A stretch of 63,750 bases of DNA, the filler included, from Craspedostauros australis (taxonomy: Eukaryota), in NCBI GenBank assembly GCA_030167865.1. It is 8 parts of 8 records of this genome, joined end to end, with 100 filler letters (N's around TTAATTAATTAA, not from the genome) between each part and the next. Parts side by side here need not be neighbours in the genome. Positions count along the whole stretch, not along the records: positions 1 to 25,844 come from JALAGF010004377.1; 7 more parts are not named here. One strand, 5' to 3'. The notes beneath the pieces were generated by a model, which saw only the letters and a list, made by a program, of their open reading frames with translations, ran no database searches and was not told the DNA's origin. Shown in pieces: positions 1 through 11,860 of the stretch. Position numbers and translations under genes: made by a program. Each line of letters starts with the position of its first letter. Position 1 is the stretch's first letter.

Positions 1-1541
1 ACAATGGCTATCTATTCATGGAAGACGCGACGTTCCACGGCTCATTCTCATCAACGCGCTGACGGGTGTGAATGAGACATGATGGGAATCCACTGATCCG
101 AGTGCCTCCTTCCGTCCCTCCATTCCGTTGTTGCTGCTGCAAATAGTGTTGCGGTTTTGGTTGTTGGACATCGCTATCAAGGAGAACTGCACCCGTTGTA
201 TCGTCTATCGTCGATCATCTATTGCTCATCATCGATCATGATCAATCTCGCTGCGCAGTCTACTGGAGATTCTGCAGTCACTGTTCATCCCTGTGAGTGA
301 GCATGTGGTCGTGCTCATACTCATGCTCGTCCTCGTTGGCACGATGACTATCCATTCCAAGGACTTCCCGTTGCATCATGGTGAAGATCCGTTGGGTGTT
401 CGAGTGTCTGTTTTGGCCTTTCCCAGATTAGTCAGGCGGTCGATGATCGCAGCTCGCTTGGCGTAACGTCCCATGCGAGTATTTGTTGACCGATAGTAAT
501 CGAGAGTGACAGCTCGAAGGACGGGCATCACCTCGGGCCGTGCTTGTGCTTGCGGGGGTAGGCTGCGAAGGGCAACCGTGAAGAATAGTGGTATGTTCGC
601 CGCGTGTTTGCCTAGCATGTTTACTCTGTACATACGAGCGTGGACGTTGGTATTGGTCTTTGCGTTGGTCTTTACTCTGTTGCAAATTGCGACAGAGTCC
701 ATGATGCGGTCTTGTGTGCAGTCTGCAGCGTTGTCAACATTACCAAAGCTCAGCGCTCGTCAGATGGTGCGGTGGACTGGTGGGCAGTGTCTTGGAGATG
801 ATTGATTGCTGGTGACAGCAGCACTCTGCCCGTGACGTCGCCTCTCCAACAACTCTCGCAATTGCGTGTACGGACACGGAGCTCCAACCAGGGTACGCAA
901 CAACGGGCCAACACGCCTACCAGAGTTACCTGTGCACTTTGCCGATGGCTACACGTACCATGATGACTACCATGATGACGATGATGCTATCGATATCTAT
1001 TCCATCTGTTCGTACGAGTACGACTGGAGTGCCTCGCTTCCACAATTTCAGAATGCTCGTGCTTATCAGAGCAGCGACGTGGAGAACTAATGCACAACAT
1101 GTCGATCGGAGCATCGGGAGAGCAGCATCCACTCTCACAACCAGAATCATCAGGTGTCAAGACGGTCGTAGCATTCGCGACCGCACTTGTACTCGTCGTG
1201 ACGCATGTATTCGTGTATTTGGTACTAGTGATTTTCTTTACGTGTACTATTGGTAAGACTGCGACGCAGACTTTCTTTCCGAAGGGCCATGCATTGGTAC
1301 CGACATGAGTGTCGTTGCGGAATTCGTCAGAACCACCAGATGTTCTGAAGGATGCGTGCATGGATGCATGGACGGATGTGTGCATAGATTGGAAACACCG
1401 AACCCCTTTTCGGTGTGCTCCTTTGGTTGGCGTCGGCAATGGGCGACGCCTTCATGAGACATGCAGAGTTTGGCATCTTGGTCAGGCTGCCTGGTTGTTG
1501 CTTCACGGCACAATGCCCGCAGTTCCCTCATCACTGCAACG

Positions 1542-4500
1542 TCACATGGCGTTTTCGTCTGGCAAATACACTGATGCATGTTGGGCATGCTTTGCGGTTT
1601 GACTGCGACGAAGATCCATTGCTTCCATCCGATTCTTCAGTATGACGGACTTGGTCACTGCGAAAGGAATATATTGATACTCCCCATCGTAGCCCCAAGC
1701 AACTTTTCTGTGTGCACCTGCAATGCAGTATACACGCTTTTTGCTGAAGAGCTTGTCGAGCATGTTGTTCCGCACTGCCTTGGCGTTTTTCATGTATGTT
1801 GCCATGTTTGGACTTGTATCCTTGGCATAATCTTTGGCTTGGATGCAGATCGATCGCAAGCCGCATGTCTTCTTACTTGGTTCGCCGACCTGCCACTCTG
1901 CAAGGAAGGTGACGTAAGCATCTGCGAGCTCGCTGCTTCCGTCTCCAACACCGATGAGCGGCATGTTGAAGATCTTTTTGGCGCGGTCATCGGTGTGCGT
2001 GTCGGTAGATGTTTTGGCTCTGCGCTTTTTCTGCGTTGGTGCATGGGAGTGGTCGATCGCTCTGCGCTTTTTCCGCGTTGGTTCACGGGAGCGGCCGGTC
2101 GCTTTGCGCTTTTTCTGCGTTGGTTCATGGGAGTGGTTGATGGTTTGGTTCGTCACGATATTGCGGAGCTTTGCGAGGCTGAGGAGAAGATCTGTATCGA
2201 TCAGCATTGCACGTTTGGCCTTCAGGTGGCGACTGAGCTTGTTTAGGTTTTTGGTGATTGGAACGTATTGCAGATGTCCCTTGTCATCGATATAAGCTAC
2301 TTCTACTTTGTGGAATGCAGCTCCGGAAGTTCCCTTAGCAGCATCCCTGATGCGCTTTCTGTCAATTTTCGTCATCGCGCAAGTCATCATGGACTTGTGG
2401 AAGTACACCCCAGAAGTCCCCAGATGTTCTTCAAGATTCGCCAGGTGCGCATCCTTGAGAGCCCAAAATGTCTTGCCCACGTGTTTGTTCACCTTCCCAC
2501 GACCTATTTCCACCTCACCTGTGGCTGTTGTACCTATAATCGTTTCGCATTTGTAGGAAGCTTCTGCACCAGCCGTAGTCTTGGCGACGGTCATTCCAAC
2601 CTTGCCCAGAGCAGCAAAGATGTCTGCTTCCTGCTGCCCAACCGTGTTTGGATTGGGACCATTGGCGGGAGCAGCAACGACGCGCCCGTGCTTATCCTTC
2701 TTCACGACGGAGGACGCAGCGATGGCGGCCCCGGCCAGCAACGCAGTGAGAGTCTCAAAGCTGGCTGAGGTTGTTCCGAGAAACGATTTCTCAGCCGCAA
2801 TTGCTTCACCACCTTGGATGAGCCAAAGGCAAAGGAGCTGCATGGCGTCGCTGAGCGCGAACGGCCTTGCCTGCGGAGTGCTGTTCTCTTCACCTCTGAG
2901 TGGCCTTGCGGTGACTAAGCCATACTTGACGACCAACCGACGCATGATGGAACCGCCCAGGTCGCCCTTGAAGCGTTGGAAGGTGAGCCCGTAGTCCATG
3001 TTGTTCAGTTGATCATTGGTGAGCGATTTGCTGAAATCTTCATTCTGTTGGAAGAGAAGAACTGCCAAAGCCTGGGATGCTGTGAGCCGCGCAAGGTACG
3101 GATTGCCCAATAGAGGCTTCATGCCATTGCTGTTCATGAAGACGGTGAAGGTCCGGGAAAGGATGAAATTCTGCTCGTATGCATCCTCATTTGATTTCTT
3201 TCGCTTGTCTTGGTTGTAGGTTTGCAGAGTTTTTGACACTGCCATGTAGATTGAGATCATCCGCGCGTTGGAATCCACGATGGCCTTGAGAAGAGGGAAC
3301 TGCTCAAGCTCTGTGTACTCTGGTATGATGCTACCCTTGCTGTCTTTCGCGTATTCGCGGCGAAGAATGTCGTAGACGTCTGCGGGGTTGGATCTTGCAG
3401 AAATTTCGAAGTGCTCGAAGTTGTTGGAGTCTGATCCGGCCGGTCCTTGGGAGGCACCGGTGCCTGCTACAGAGAATAGGACTTTGATGCCAATGTGCTT
3501 GAGAAAACCGGGGCGTCGGAGTTGTCGCAGGTTTTCCAGCTTCCTGTTGGACTGCCGAAACGACAGGTACCCAATACCCGTATCCCGAGAGCCTTGTGAT
3601 GCTCCTGGTGAAGGGCCCTGGGCTTGCTTTGTGACCTCCTCAGTGCATTTATACTGGATGAACTGCCCCAGCACCCATCCGAAGCTATTGTGGTTCTCGA
3701 TGATGGCCCGGACGAAGTTGGTGGACTTGCTTGCTTCGTCAATCCCAACGACGATGAACAGTGTGGTCTTCTCTTGCATCTTACCATCCAACACTTTCAG
3801 GAAGTTGACAAGCCTGTCGAGACTTGTTTCGTCTTGCGTGAGGACCGAGTTTACTTCATATGCCAGTTTCGCCCAAGATTTGTTCTTTCGCTCTGCCTTG
3901 AAGTCGGGACTACTCGATGGAGCCAAAAGTTCCACATCGTCAGTGTTGAGCATGATAGTGAACAGAGCTTTTCTGGTGTATGCGCTCGCCGCGAGCTCCA
4001 CGGTCTTGCCGCTACCACTCTCCTGGTAGTACACATGAACGTTATTGTCCTTGTGGGTGCCTGTTGGTGTGGTTGGCGCCCTGATGAAGACTCGTTCCGG
4101 GAGCATGTCGCGATCTCCTCCATGTCGAAAGTTGGGGCTGCCGATGTAGTGTGCGTGGCCAGTAGCTTCTTCGTTGTCGCTTTTCGAGGTGTAGTTCAGG
4201 CCACGAAAGCCCTTGGGGTCTTCACCCCGGATCTTCGCCAACAGGTTGAGAACTGATTGGCGTGCGTTATCGGGAACGATATGTTTGCTATCGTCGTTGG
4301 GTTCCTGGATAGCGTCGAGGATGCGCTGGGGGATTTTTCGATAGAAACGAAGGAAGGCCACGAGCCAGGTCGCCAACGTCATGTCCTCTAAGGCCTCATG
4401 CTTGAGCCCGCGAAGAAAGTTGAACAGTTGCAGAGGGTCGCGGCTATTGCGTACTTGCGCCAAAATGGATTGGCGAAAGGCGGTTCCTGGTATTTGTCGC

Positions 4501-4643
4501 GCATCTTTCCAGAACCCATCCCCCTGATCGACCCACTTTCCATAGAAAGTCACTGCTTCTTCATCGCCAGGTTCCGGAGTCGGAATTTCATCCAAAGCCA
4601 CTGTCTCTTCATCGCCAAGTTCTGAAGGTGGAGTGCCGCTCAT
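1542..4643 (-). CDS. Crinkler/RHS-like P-loop NTPase with C-terminal PD-(D/E)xK-type nuclease domain (1033 aa)
   Basis: Long intronless ORF. Walker A-like YYQESGSGKT, Walker B IVVGIDE, downstream SVAGTG; C-terminal ADAYVTF...ICIQAKDY fits a restriction-endonuclease-fold D...QxK motif. Confidence 0.6.
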   Translation of the reverse strand: MSGTPPSELGDEETVALDEIPTPEPGDEEAVTFYGKWVDQGDGFWKDARQIPGTAFRQSILAQVRNSRDPLQLFNFLRGLKHEALEDMTLATWLVAFLRFYRKIPQRILDAIQEPNDDSKHIVPDNARQSVLNLLAKIRGEDPKGFRGLNYTSKSDNEEATGHAHYIGSPNFRHGGDRDMLPERVFIRAPTTPTGTHKDNNVHVYYQESGSGKTVELAASAYTRKALFTIMLNTDDVELLAPSSSPDFKAERKNKSWAKLAYEVNSVLTQDETSLDRLVNFLKVLDGKMQEKTTLFIVVGIDEASKSTNFVRAIIENHNSFGWVLGQFIQYKCTEEVTKQAQGPSPGASQGSRDTGIGYLSFRQSNRKLENLRQLRRPGFLKHIGIKVLFSVAGTGASQGPAGSDSNNFEHFEISARSNPADVYDILRREYAKDSKGSIIPEYTELEQFPLLKAIVDSNARMISIYMAVSKTLQTYNQDKRKKSNEDAYEQNFILSRTFTVFMNSNGMKPLLGNPYLARLTASQALAVLLFQQNEDFSKSLTNDQLNNMDYGLTFQRFKGDLGGSIMRRLVVKYGLVTARPLRGEENSTPQARPFALSDAMQLLCLWLIQGGEAIAAEKSFLGTTSASFETLTALLAGAAIAASSVVKKDKHGRVVAAPANGPNPNTVGQQEADIFAALGKVGMTVAKTTAGAEASYKCETIIGTTATGEVEIGRGKVNKHVGKTFWALKDAHLANLEEHLGTSGVYFHKSMMTCAMTKIDRKRIRDAAKGTSGAAFHKVEVAYIDDKGHLQYVPITKNLNKLSRHLKAKRAMLIDTDLLLSLAKLRNIVTNQTINHSHEPTQKKRKATGRSREPTRKKRRAIDHSHAPTQKKRRAKTSTDTHTDDRAKKIFNMPLIGVGDGSSELADAYVTFLAEWQVGEPSKKTCGLRSICIQAKDYAKDTSPNMATYMKNAKAVRNNMLDKLFSKKRVYCIAGAHRKVAWGYDGEYQYIPFAVTKSVILKNRMEAMDLRRSQTAKHAQHASVYLPDENAM
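2017..2142 (-). repeat. 3 x 42-bp in-frame tandem repeat encoding basic NLS-like units (PTQKKRKA / PTRKKRRA / PTQKKRRA)
   Basis: Units start at 2017, 2059 and 2101 with few substitutions. Confidence 0.9.
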
Positions 4644-5828
4644 CTTGCTGTTGACAGCCGTTCGGCAGAAGTGATTGGGGGCGAAAGTGCGACAGCAACA
4701 AGAACCCGTGGAGTCCTGGTGTTGGTGAGAGTGTTGTTGTGAGTGTTGTTATGAGTGTTGATGCTATCAACAGCGACGACAATGTTTGATTCTGCTCACC
4801 TTGTCTTGTGTTGTCTTGTTCTGCCTTCGCGAGGACCCCAGTCAGGCTCCGTTCAGCGTTGATTCCTTCGGTTGCCTTCGGATCGTGTGCTGTCGAGTCG
4901 TGCAGTGGCAGCGGCAGCGGTGCTTTTCGTTACCTGCGATGAATCCGTCTCTGTATGAGTCTGTGTATGTGTTGTCTCCACTGCTCCGGTAGTACTCCTC
5001 GACCAACCAACACCACGACGAGGACTGTGTGGTCTGGAGAAGGCGTGGGTGGTTCTGGAGGTTGAGTGCTGTGGGTACGTCGATGACGATGACGATGACG
5101 ATGTCGGTGTGGATGATAGTGATGATGATGATGACGATGGTTGTGCTCTCTTGGATGAGTCTGCAAGTGCGGAGCGAGGAAAGTCTCGAGAGAATGATCG
5201 GCAGGCACGTTCACAACAGCGGCTTGTTGTTCTTGGTCTCCTCGACTTCGTGTCTGTTTGAATCCGTTTGTGCGTCTTTGTGCTGTGCCAACCACACGGA
5301 TCAGATTCGCGGAAAACTCGGGTTTTGCTGTGCTATCTTTTTTCAGTGGTGTCTTCCCCCTTGTTGTTGTGGTGGTGGCAAGTCTTGCCCATTTTCGACA
5401 GCGCGAGTTTCGGGCATCAATCGTTTATGACTCGAAGTAGTCAATCATCGGAGATTGCGGTCGCAGTACAGACACCTCTCCCAAGAAACAACAAACAAGA
5501 TGGTCGCCAAAACGCGGCAACAACAACCAACACATCAACTCCTCTCTGTCATCACGGCATCAGCGCTGCGGATGTCGATGCGTGTGCGTGCCGACGATGG
5601 TATCTGCATTGCAGGTCGCAACCAACTTTTGTAACGGTGGTTGATTGATCACATCGTCGCAAGGAGAGATCATTTCAAGACATAGCCGCGAATTGATTGT
5701 TGGAGCTATCCATTCCAACGCGAAGAAGGAACTTACGACCTCCGCAAAGCGTCGCGAACTCACGCTGAGCCAACGCACCTTCAAGCGCGCAACTGCAAGC
5801 CATCATCGATCGAGTGCCCCATCGCAGC

Positions 5829-6449
5829 ATGAACGCCACACGACAATTCTCGACACAACTGATGCGCTGGTGCAATGCCAGCAGCAGCATGCACGCATTA
5901 ATGCAACCAGCGCATGTCAGCATGACGCAACAACGCTTCATGTCGAAGTACATGTCGAAGTCCGCCACCAAGCGCATGCCGCTCAACACGAAGCGCGCAG
6001 GCAAGGGCTACTACAAGGGCAAGGGCGGCACGAAGGAGGGAAGGATAACCTCCAAGGGCAAGTTCGTGGTGGATCCATTGAAGCGATTGGAGCTGGTCGT
6101 TCCCGATTTGACCGGATTCAAGGTACGGGCGTGCGTTTGTGCGGAGATAGAAGGTTGATGATGGGATTCGGCCGAGGATGCTTTGCTTTCGTATGGATCT
6201 CTGCGGGCTGCTATTTCATGCGACGCACCTTCTGACCTGCTTTCGATTCTCGCAACATCATTGCTCTATTTCATTTGCAAATCGCATGAACATCAAACCA
6301 ATATCAAATCAATTCGCCCGACCGCAATTATCATCGCAAATTTGCGGTGTCCATCATATCCCTCCACAAACTCGCAGCTCAAACCGTACATCGCATCTAC
6401 GGTCTCCAAATTCCCTCCAGAATCCAGACGAACTCCAGGTCAGGCGTAG
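5829..6449 (+). CDS. MRPL41: Mitochondrial ribosomal protein mL41 (MRP-L27 family); exons 5829-6122 and 6378-6449
   Basis: KRAGKGYYKGKG...VVPDLTGFK spliced to LKPYIA over a GT(6123)..AG(6377) intron; N-terminal presequence-like region. Confidence 0.9.
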
Positions 6450-6946
6450 GACGTACACCATGTGATGCGATGCAAGACAATAGAAACACAATAATCAGTG
6501 TAGTGCGTGCACATTTCAGACTGTTGCAACCAAATCATCCACATCCCCAAAGTGATGTTGTTCGAGGTCAAGTCGCAATCGCAGCTGCCGTTGTTGTTGG
6601 AGCTGTATAGTATGGTGGCATGCCATCTTGCAACTGTTGCTCCTCGCTACACTCAGCTGGGAAGAGTCTACAGTGATGAATTAGCGCCAAATCCAAAAGA
6701 TGAACAAACAGGAAGATACGAATGACCACAACCAAGACCAACCTCGTTTTCTCTTCTGTTGCTGGGCGACGCAACACAACCCATCACAAACGCACTTGCA
6801 TCACCCATCAAACAGATACGCACAACTCAACACACTCCCATCCATGCATCCACACATCCACACATCTACATCTCTCATATAATATTATAGAATATTATAC
6901 ATAGAATATCAACGAGAGTAATTGCAACAGGAGGAATACCAACACC

Positions 6947-8107
6947 ATGGACCAATCGGACGACCCGTACAAGATCCTTGGCGTCGCCACGGATGCCACA
7001 GCAACGGACATCAAGAAAGCCTTCCGCAAGCTGGCTTTGAAGCACCATCCCGACAAGCAGGGCCCCGATGCCGACAAGGAACAGGCCAACGCCATGTTCG
7101 CCAAGATCAGCAACGCCTACGAGATCCTCAGCGACGAAGACCAGCGCAAGCAGTACGATTGGCAGGCGGGGCGGTCGCCAAGTGGAAAGACGCCCAAGGG
7201 CAAGTCGAAGGGCACTGGCAATAGCAAATCAAAGCCCAGCACTGGGACGTCCAAGTACTACAGCAACGACGGCGACTTCACGCGCACCAGCTTCCGCGAT
7301 CCGTTCTCCGTCTTTGCAGAAGTCTTTGACGAGGAATTTGGGGATGCGTCGCCAGCTGACAACAAAAAGAAGAAGAGCACGACCAATGACGAGGCACCGC
7401 TGCCACCCGGCGCCGTCGAGATCTCCATGCAGATGGCGTCCAAGATGATCGGTGGCAAGAGCGTCACCGTCACAGAACGCACGTACCAATTGCCCGACGG
7501 CACCACGACGACGCGCGTCGACAAGGAAGTGAAGGGCAAGACCAAAACGAAGTCGGCCGCACCCAAATCGCCGCGCAAGACGCAGACCTTCTCGCAGAAT
7601 GTGGCGTCGCCGCAACGCAAGCCAAAGCCGCCCAAACCTGTGCGTTCGCCGACGCGCAAGAAGACGACGCCCGCATTCCAGCCAGGCGTCACGGTGGAGA
7701 TTATTGACGGCATGAAGCACACGACGACGACCAATTCGGATGGCAGCAGTTCCACGACGATCGAGCCCGCGAAGAAGAAGAAGACGTCGTCATCTCCGAT
7801 GCGACAGCAACCCACAACGCCGACGCGGATACGCAAGCCATCTGCCAATAACAGAAGCAACAACAGCAACAGCAATGACGTTTCCTTCACGAGCCCTACA
7901 ACGCGCAAGACGAAGAAGAAGGATCGGCCGCTGACGAACGGCATGTCAACGCCATTCTCGTCGCCCGTCGGCGGCGTCGGCAAACAGTCCATGTCCAGTT
8001 CCACCAAGATCGTCAACGGAAAGAAGCACACCACCATCACGACGACGACCCAGAAAGCGGATGGCAGTATGGAGACGCGGACGGAGACGAAGATCGAATC
8101 GATGTGA
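6947..8107 (+). CDS. DnaJ/Hsp40 J-domain protein with low-complexity K/S/T-rich C-terminus
   Basis: DPYKILGV...[15 protein letters not shown]...AYEILSD (HPD motif), followed by FRDPFSVF. Confidence 0.92.
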   Translation: MDQSDDPYKILGVATDATATDIKKAFRKLALKHHPDKQGPDADKEQANAMFAKISNAYEILSDEDQRKQYDWQAGRSPSGKTPKGKSKGTGNSKSKPSTGTSKYYSNDGDFTRTSFRDPFSVFAEVFDEEFGDASPADNKKKKSTTNDEAPLPPGAVEISMQMASKMIGGKSVTVTERTYQLPDGTTTTRVDKEVKGKTKTKSAAPKSPRKTQTFSQNVASPQRKPKPPKPVRSPTRKKTTPAFQPGVTVEIIDGMKHTTTTNSDGSSSTTIEPAKKKKTSSSPMRQQPTTPTRIRKPSANNRSNNSNSNDVSFTSPTTRKTKKKDRPLTNGMSTPFSSPVGGVGKQSMSSSTKIVNGKKHTTITTTTQKADGSMETRTETKIESM

Positions 8108-8372
8108 GAGTTAGGAATTGTTGTGTGTGCAACGTTGTGGCAGACCATTTGTAGCCAATATCAGATGAACGTACATGTAGAGAGAAGAGTTATGGATGCT
8201 ATTGGCATGTTGATCTACTCTATTCTGCTCTACCCTATTCCATGGTGGTACACGTGGTCTCAATACGAGGCCGCGATTCTATGAAGTGCGGACTGCCTCG
8301 TTATGCTACACTCTCTTCCAAAATTGATTGAGCAATGAGTGCGTTCACGCTTCCACATGCATGCGCCACAAA

Positions 8373-9005
8373 TCACAAAGACTTGTGATGATACTTGGCA
8401 GCATTCAGATCCTTCAGCGATCCGATGGTGGTCCTTGCATCCCACTGCAGCATGCGCCCGGCCAACACCGTGACGCCGTTCCCGATCGTCAGACCGATGT
8501 GGAAGTGATCCTTGTCCGAACCAAAGTACCCGGCGTACCAAACCAACAGCAGCAACGCTGTGGCAACGGTGGCTATCGTCGGCACATACAGCCACGATGT
8601 GCTGGTCTTGTTCATCTGCTGCGATGCGTCTGACACGCAGCACAGCATGATATCTTCGTGCTTCGTGATGCCCACCATCGTCACGATGTGCAGCACGGCC
8701 GATACCGTCGCGTGCAGCCAGCAGCTGACCCATGCAGCGGAGCATTCGTCGGCGCACAGCAACGGATACGACAGCGACACCAGCACGGCGAACGCGCTGA
8801 TGTACCGGTAGGCCGATTGAAACAGCTTCGTTTGCTGCAACGCTTCGGCTTCCAGCGATCGCACGAGCTCGTCTTGCTCGGTTTCGTCCAGGAAGTCCGC
8901 GTGCGCATCATCGTTGGTGCCGTTGTCAGTGCTGTTGTCAGGGTTATTCAACGTGACGTCCACTGGCTGCGGGTGCTTGGAACGTTGTCGCACGTTGGAC
9001 ATCAT
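8373..9005 (-). CDS. Multi-pass membrane protein of unknown function (about 210 aa)
   Basis: ATG-started ORF with coding-like codon use, about four hydrophobic segments, acidic LDETEQDELV N-terminus and basic KYHHKSL end. Confidence 0.7.
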   Translation of the reverse strand: MMSNVRQRSKHPQPVDVTLNNPDNSTDNGTNDDAHADFLDETEQDELVRSLEAEALQQTKLFQSAYRYISAFAVLVSLSYPLLCADECSAAWVSCWLHATVSAVLHIVTMVGITKHEDIMLCCVSDASQQMNKTSTSWLYVPTIATVATALLLLVWYAGYFGSDKDHFHIGLTIGNGVTVLAGRMLQWDARTTIGSLKDLNAAKYHHKSL

Positions 9006-11860
9006 CTATCTTGTATCGTATTATATTCTATTATAGAATACTTTATTTCGGTGCGTGAAAGCGTGGGAGCCAGCGGTGCAATGTGCTGCGACGCGAAAGG
9101 CCGAACGCTGTGGTCCTTGCCCTCGTTTGCGTACTTGTTGTCGTGATTGATGAGGATCTCGGATGCAGTCGTGGAGTCGGTCTTGCCATCAGATTCGCTA
9201 AAACTGGCGCGAATTCTGTGCATAGCAATAACGGTCTGCAACGGTTGTTCCCGCCACAAACAACGCAAAGCTCCAGCACGTGAACGGAACGTGAGGAGAG
9301 GAGCAAGATGGTGCTGGCCATTGCGACGATGGCAAGAATCACGCTCTCTCTTACCATACCATCATGATAGTAGAATACACAACATGATGGATAATCCAAG
9401 GCCAACGCTGGGTGCCTCCCATCGCCATCGCAGTCCATGCTCTTGCGCAAACAGTAGACAGCAGTAAGCGAAGAGCACCAAGGATGAGTGAGGCGGCGAT
9501 CGCGTGTTCCAGCAGCTGGAGAGCAGCAAGCGCCAGTTGGCAGCCTCCAATCAAGCGTGATGGTTACGTCGTGGTCCTTTCAGCTGGAAGTGTGGTGGTT
9601 CAGCCTCCATCAAGGAACGCGAGCTCTCCTTTCTCTCAATGTGCCATCGCCTTCCTCATTGCAGATGCTCATCGATGGCTCTCTCGATTCGCGATTTGAC
9701 TTGGACCAGCGGCGAACCGTCCATCCATACTGCCATCGCTGCCTGGCGTATGGTACTATACATGCAAGACCGCACGTGCAGCTACAACGATGGTCATGCA
9801 ATCCAGCACACAAGGCTGAGCATTCAGACAAGATCTACGTACAGCTGCGCCAGGTATGTTACGTGGAGGCATTCACAAGCAGCAGCGATCAAGGAGACGC
9901 CAAGGCTGAAGGAAGGCACATGATCGAATTCTCACAATGGTGCAAAACAAATGAGGACCAAATCAATCACCTTCCACATGGTATGGGTACCCATTGAACA
10001 CATGCAAGGAAGGAACATGTCATGAATGAATTGGTGTTGTGGGAATGACTGCAGAGCACACAAGGTACCTACTTCCAGTGAAGCATGACACGATGCAGAC
10101 GCTGCTTCCGAGTATTGCGCCCTGGGTATTGGTACGGTACGATGGTATTGCCCAACAGAGCTCGACCTCTCAACGAGCGGAATGGGAGTCGCATGCAATC
10201 GTATGAATTGGCCCAGGATGCAGACCGCTTCATCCGCATCACGCTGGCGACTCCCATGCGGAGTGAGACGACGGCCCTCTGAAGACATCAACACATTCAT
10301 GCTCTGCCGTGCATGGTGCTCACACGTGTTGCACACATCGTGATGCTCGACAAGGCGTCATCTTCAACCGATCAACAAACGATGCTCATCCCCGACGCTG
10401 CTGAGACGGCCACGCGATCGAGAAGCGATGTGATGGCATGCAGGGTTCATTGGCGGAAGTTCTGGTGCGCACGCAAAGAAGGAGTGAAGAATGGCGGAGT
10501 GGGCACCGTTGTGAGTCGCAAATCAATCATTTTGGTATCTGTGCCAGTGCGATAGAGGCGCACCGGGCTGGATCGCAAAACAAGAATGAAAGATCCATGC
10601 ACCACGACTGACTCGCACATGGTGGTTTGAGAAGGGGGTGGCAGGTTCCGCGAAGCTGGTGGCGTTGGTTGAGATGACAACATCACCAAAAACAACGATG
10701 GCGGCCAACGATGCCGCGAAGGAGCATGATTGGAGTACCAAACACAACATTTGCGTTGATAGGTACTCCATCATGGCCACGGATGTGCGAACAACGACGA
10801 GAAGCCAGCCCCACTCCCATCCCGTTCTCAATTCTGCCAGGACCGGCAACGTGCGAACTCGCAGTCACCATGTTCTAGCCAGTTTTGAACCGAACAACAC
10901 ACATGGAGCCAAGCAGTTTCATTTGTCTCTCCCGACCATGTGTTGGAGTAACGCAGTTACGTACGCGCAAGTACGTGATGTGGTGATGTGATGTGTTCTC
11001 GCAGTCATGGTCGTGATCTTGGGTTCCTCAGCCGCCTTTGTTGTTGTTGTTGCTCTTGGTCTTGGTGTTGCTGTTGTTCTTGGTGTTGTTGTTGTTGCTC
11101 TCTGCCGCTTTCTGGGAATGATGCCGATGTTGGTTGTGCCACTCCACGGTTTTTGCACAAATACCGTTACGGTTCTCAAACCAACGAGATTGTTGTCGTT
11201 TGGCTTTGCGCAGCGTGATCTTGACGTGGGTTGCGTGAACAAGAAACGAGAAAAACAGGGGGCCAACTGTCTGGCACATGGGGAATGGGTGAGCCGGACG
11301 ACATCCACGACACAGTTTCTTGAATGTGTCAGTTACGTTGTCACAATCATTTAAGGCGCAACGGTTAGAATTAAACGGTTTCAATGCCTCTGGGCACTCG
11401 CAGCCGTCACGCCAACCGACTCCAACTTCACCCCCAACGTTTCATGGCTATGCTCTTCGCCAGATTTTGTTCCGTTGTTGATACCAGTCGCCCACAACAT
11501 CACTATCAGCAACACTCATCATCCGGTCATAATCTTCAGCAACGACAACCCAGACCACCACCGAGATCTCACAAAGTCAACGATAAACGAACGAAACATC
11601 ACACAGCCGCTTCCAACGAACCATACGAACTGCAAACGCGAGGCTCCAGGTCGCACGCAAATAACCAAACAAACAAACACGCAACGCAGCTCAGCCCACC
11701 ACCAATTTGAGAACGCAGCATCAGCAGAGCGTCAGTACACGGTTACTCTGAGTGCCATCACGGACATCTGAATACACGCCAAGCGCAAGGCGAAAGCACC
11801 CGCATCTATCTATCCATCCATCCATCCATCCATCCATCCATCGAAGGAACGGTCGCAAAC

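Noticed and set aside
4930..5430. His/Arg-rich, Asp-rich and Met/Thr-rich ORFs
   Set aside because: Products of a GAT/GAC trinucleotide tract; no coding evidence.
9300..11800. Many short overlapping ORFs
   Set aside because: No motifs or consistent frame; could be decayed sequence but unsupported.
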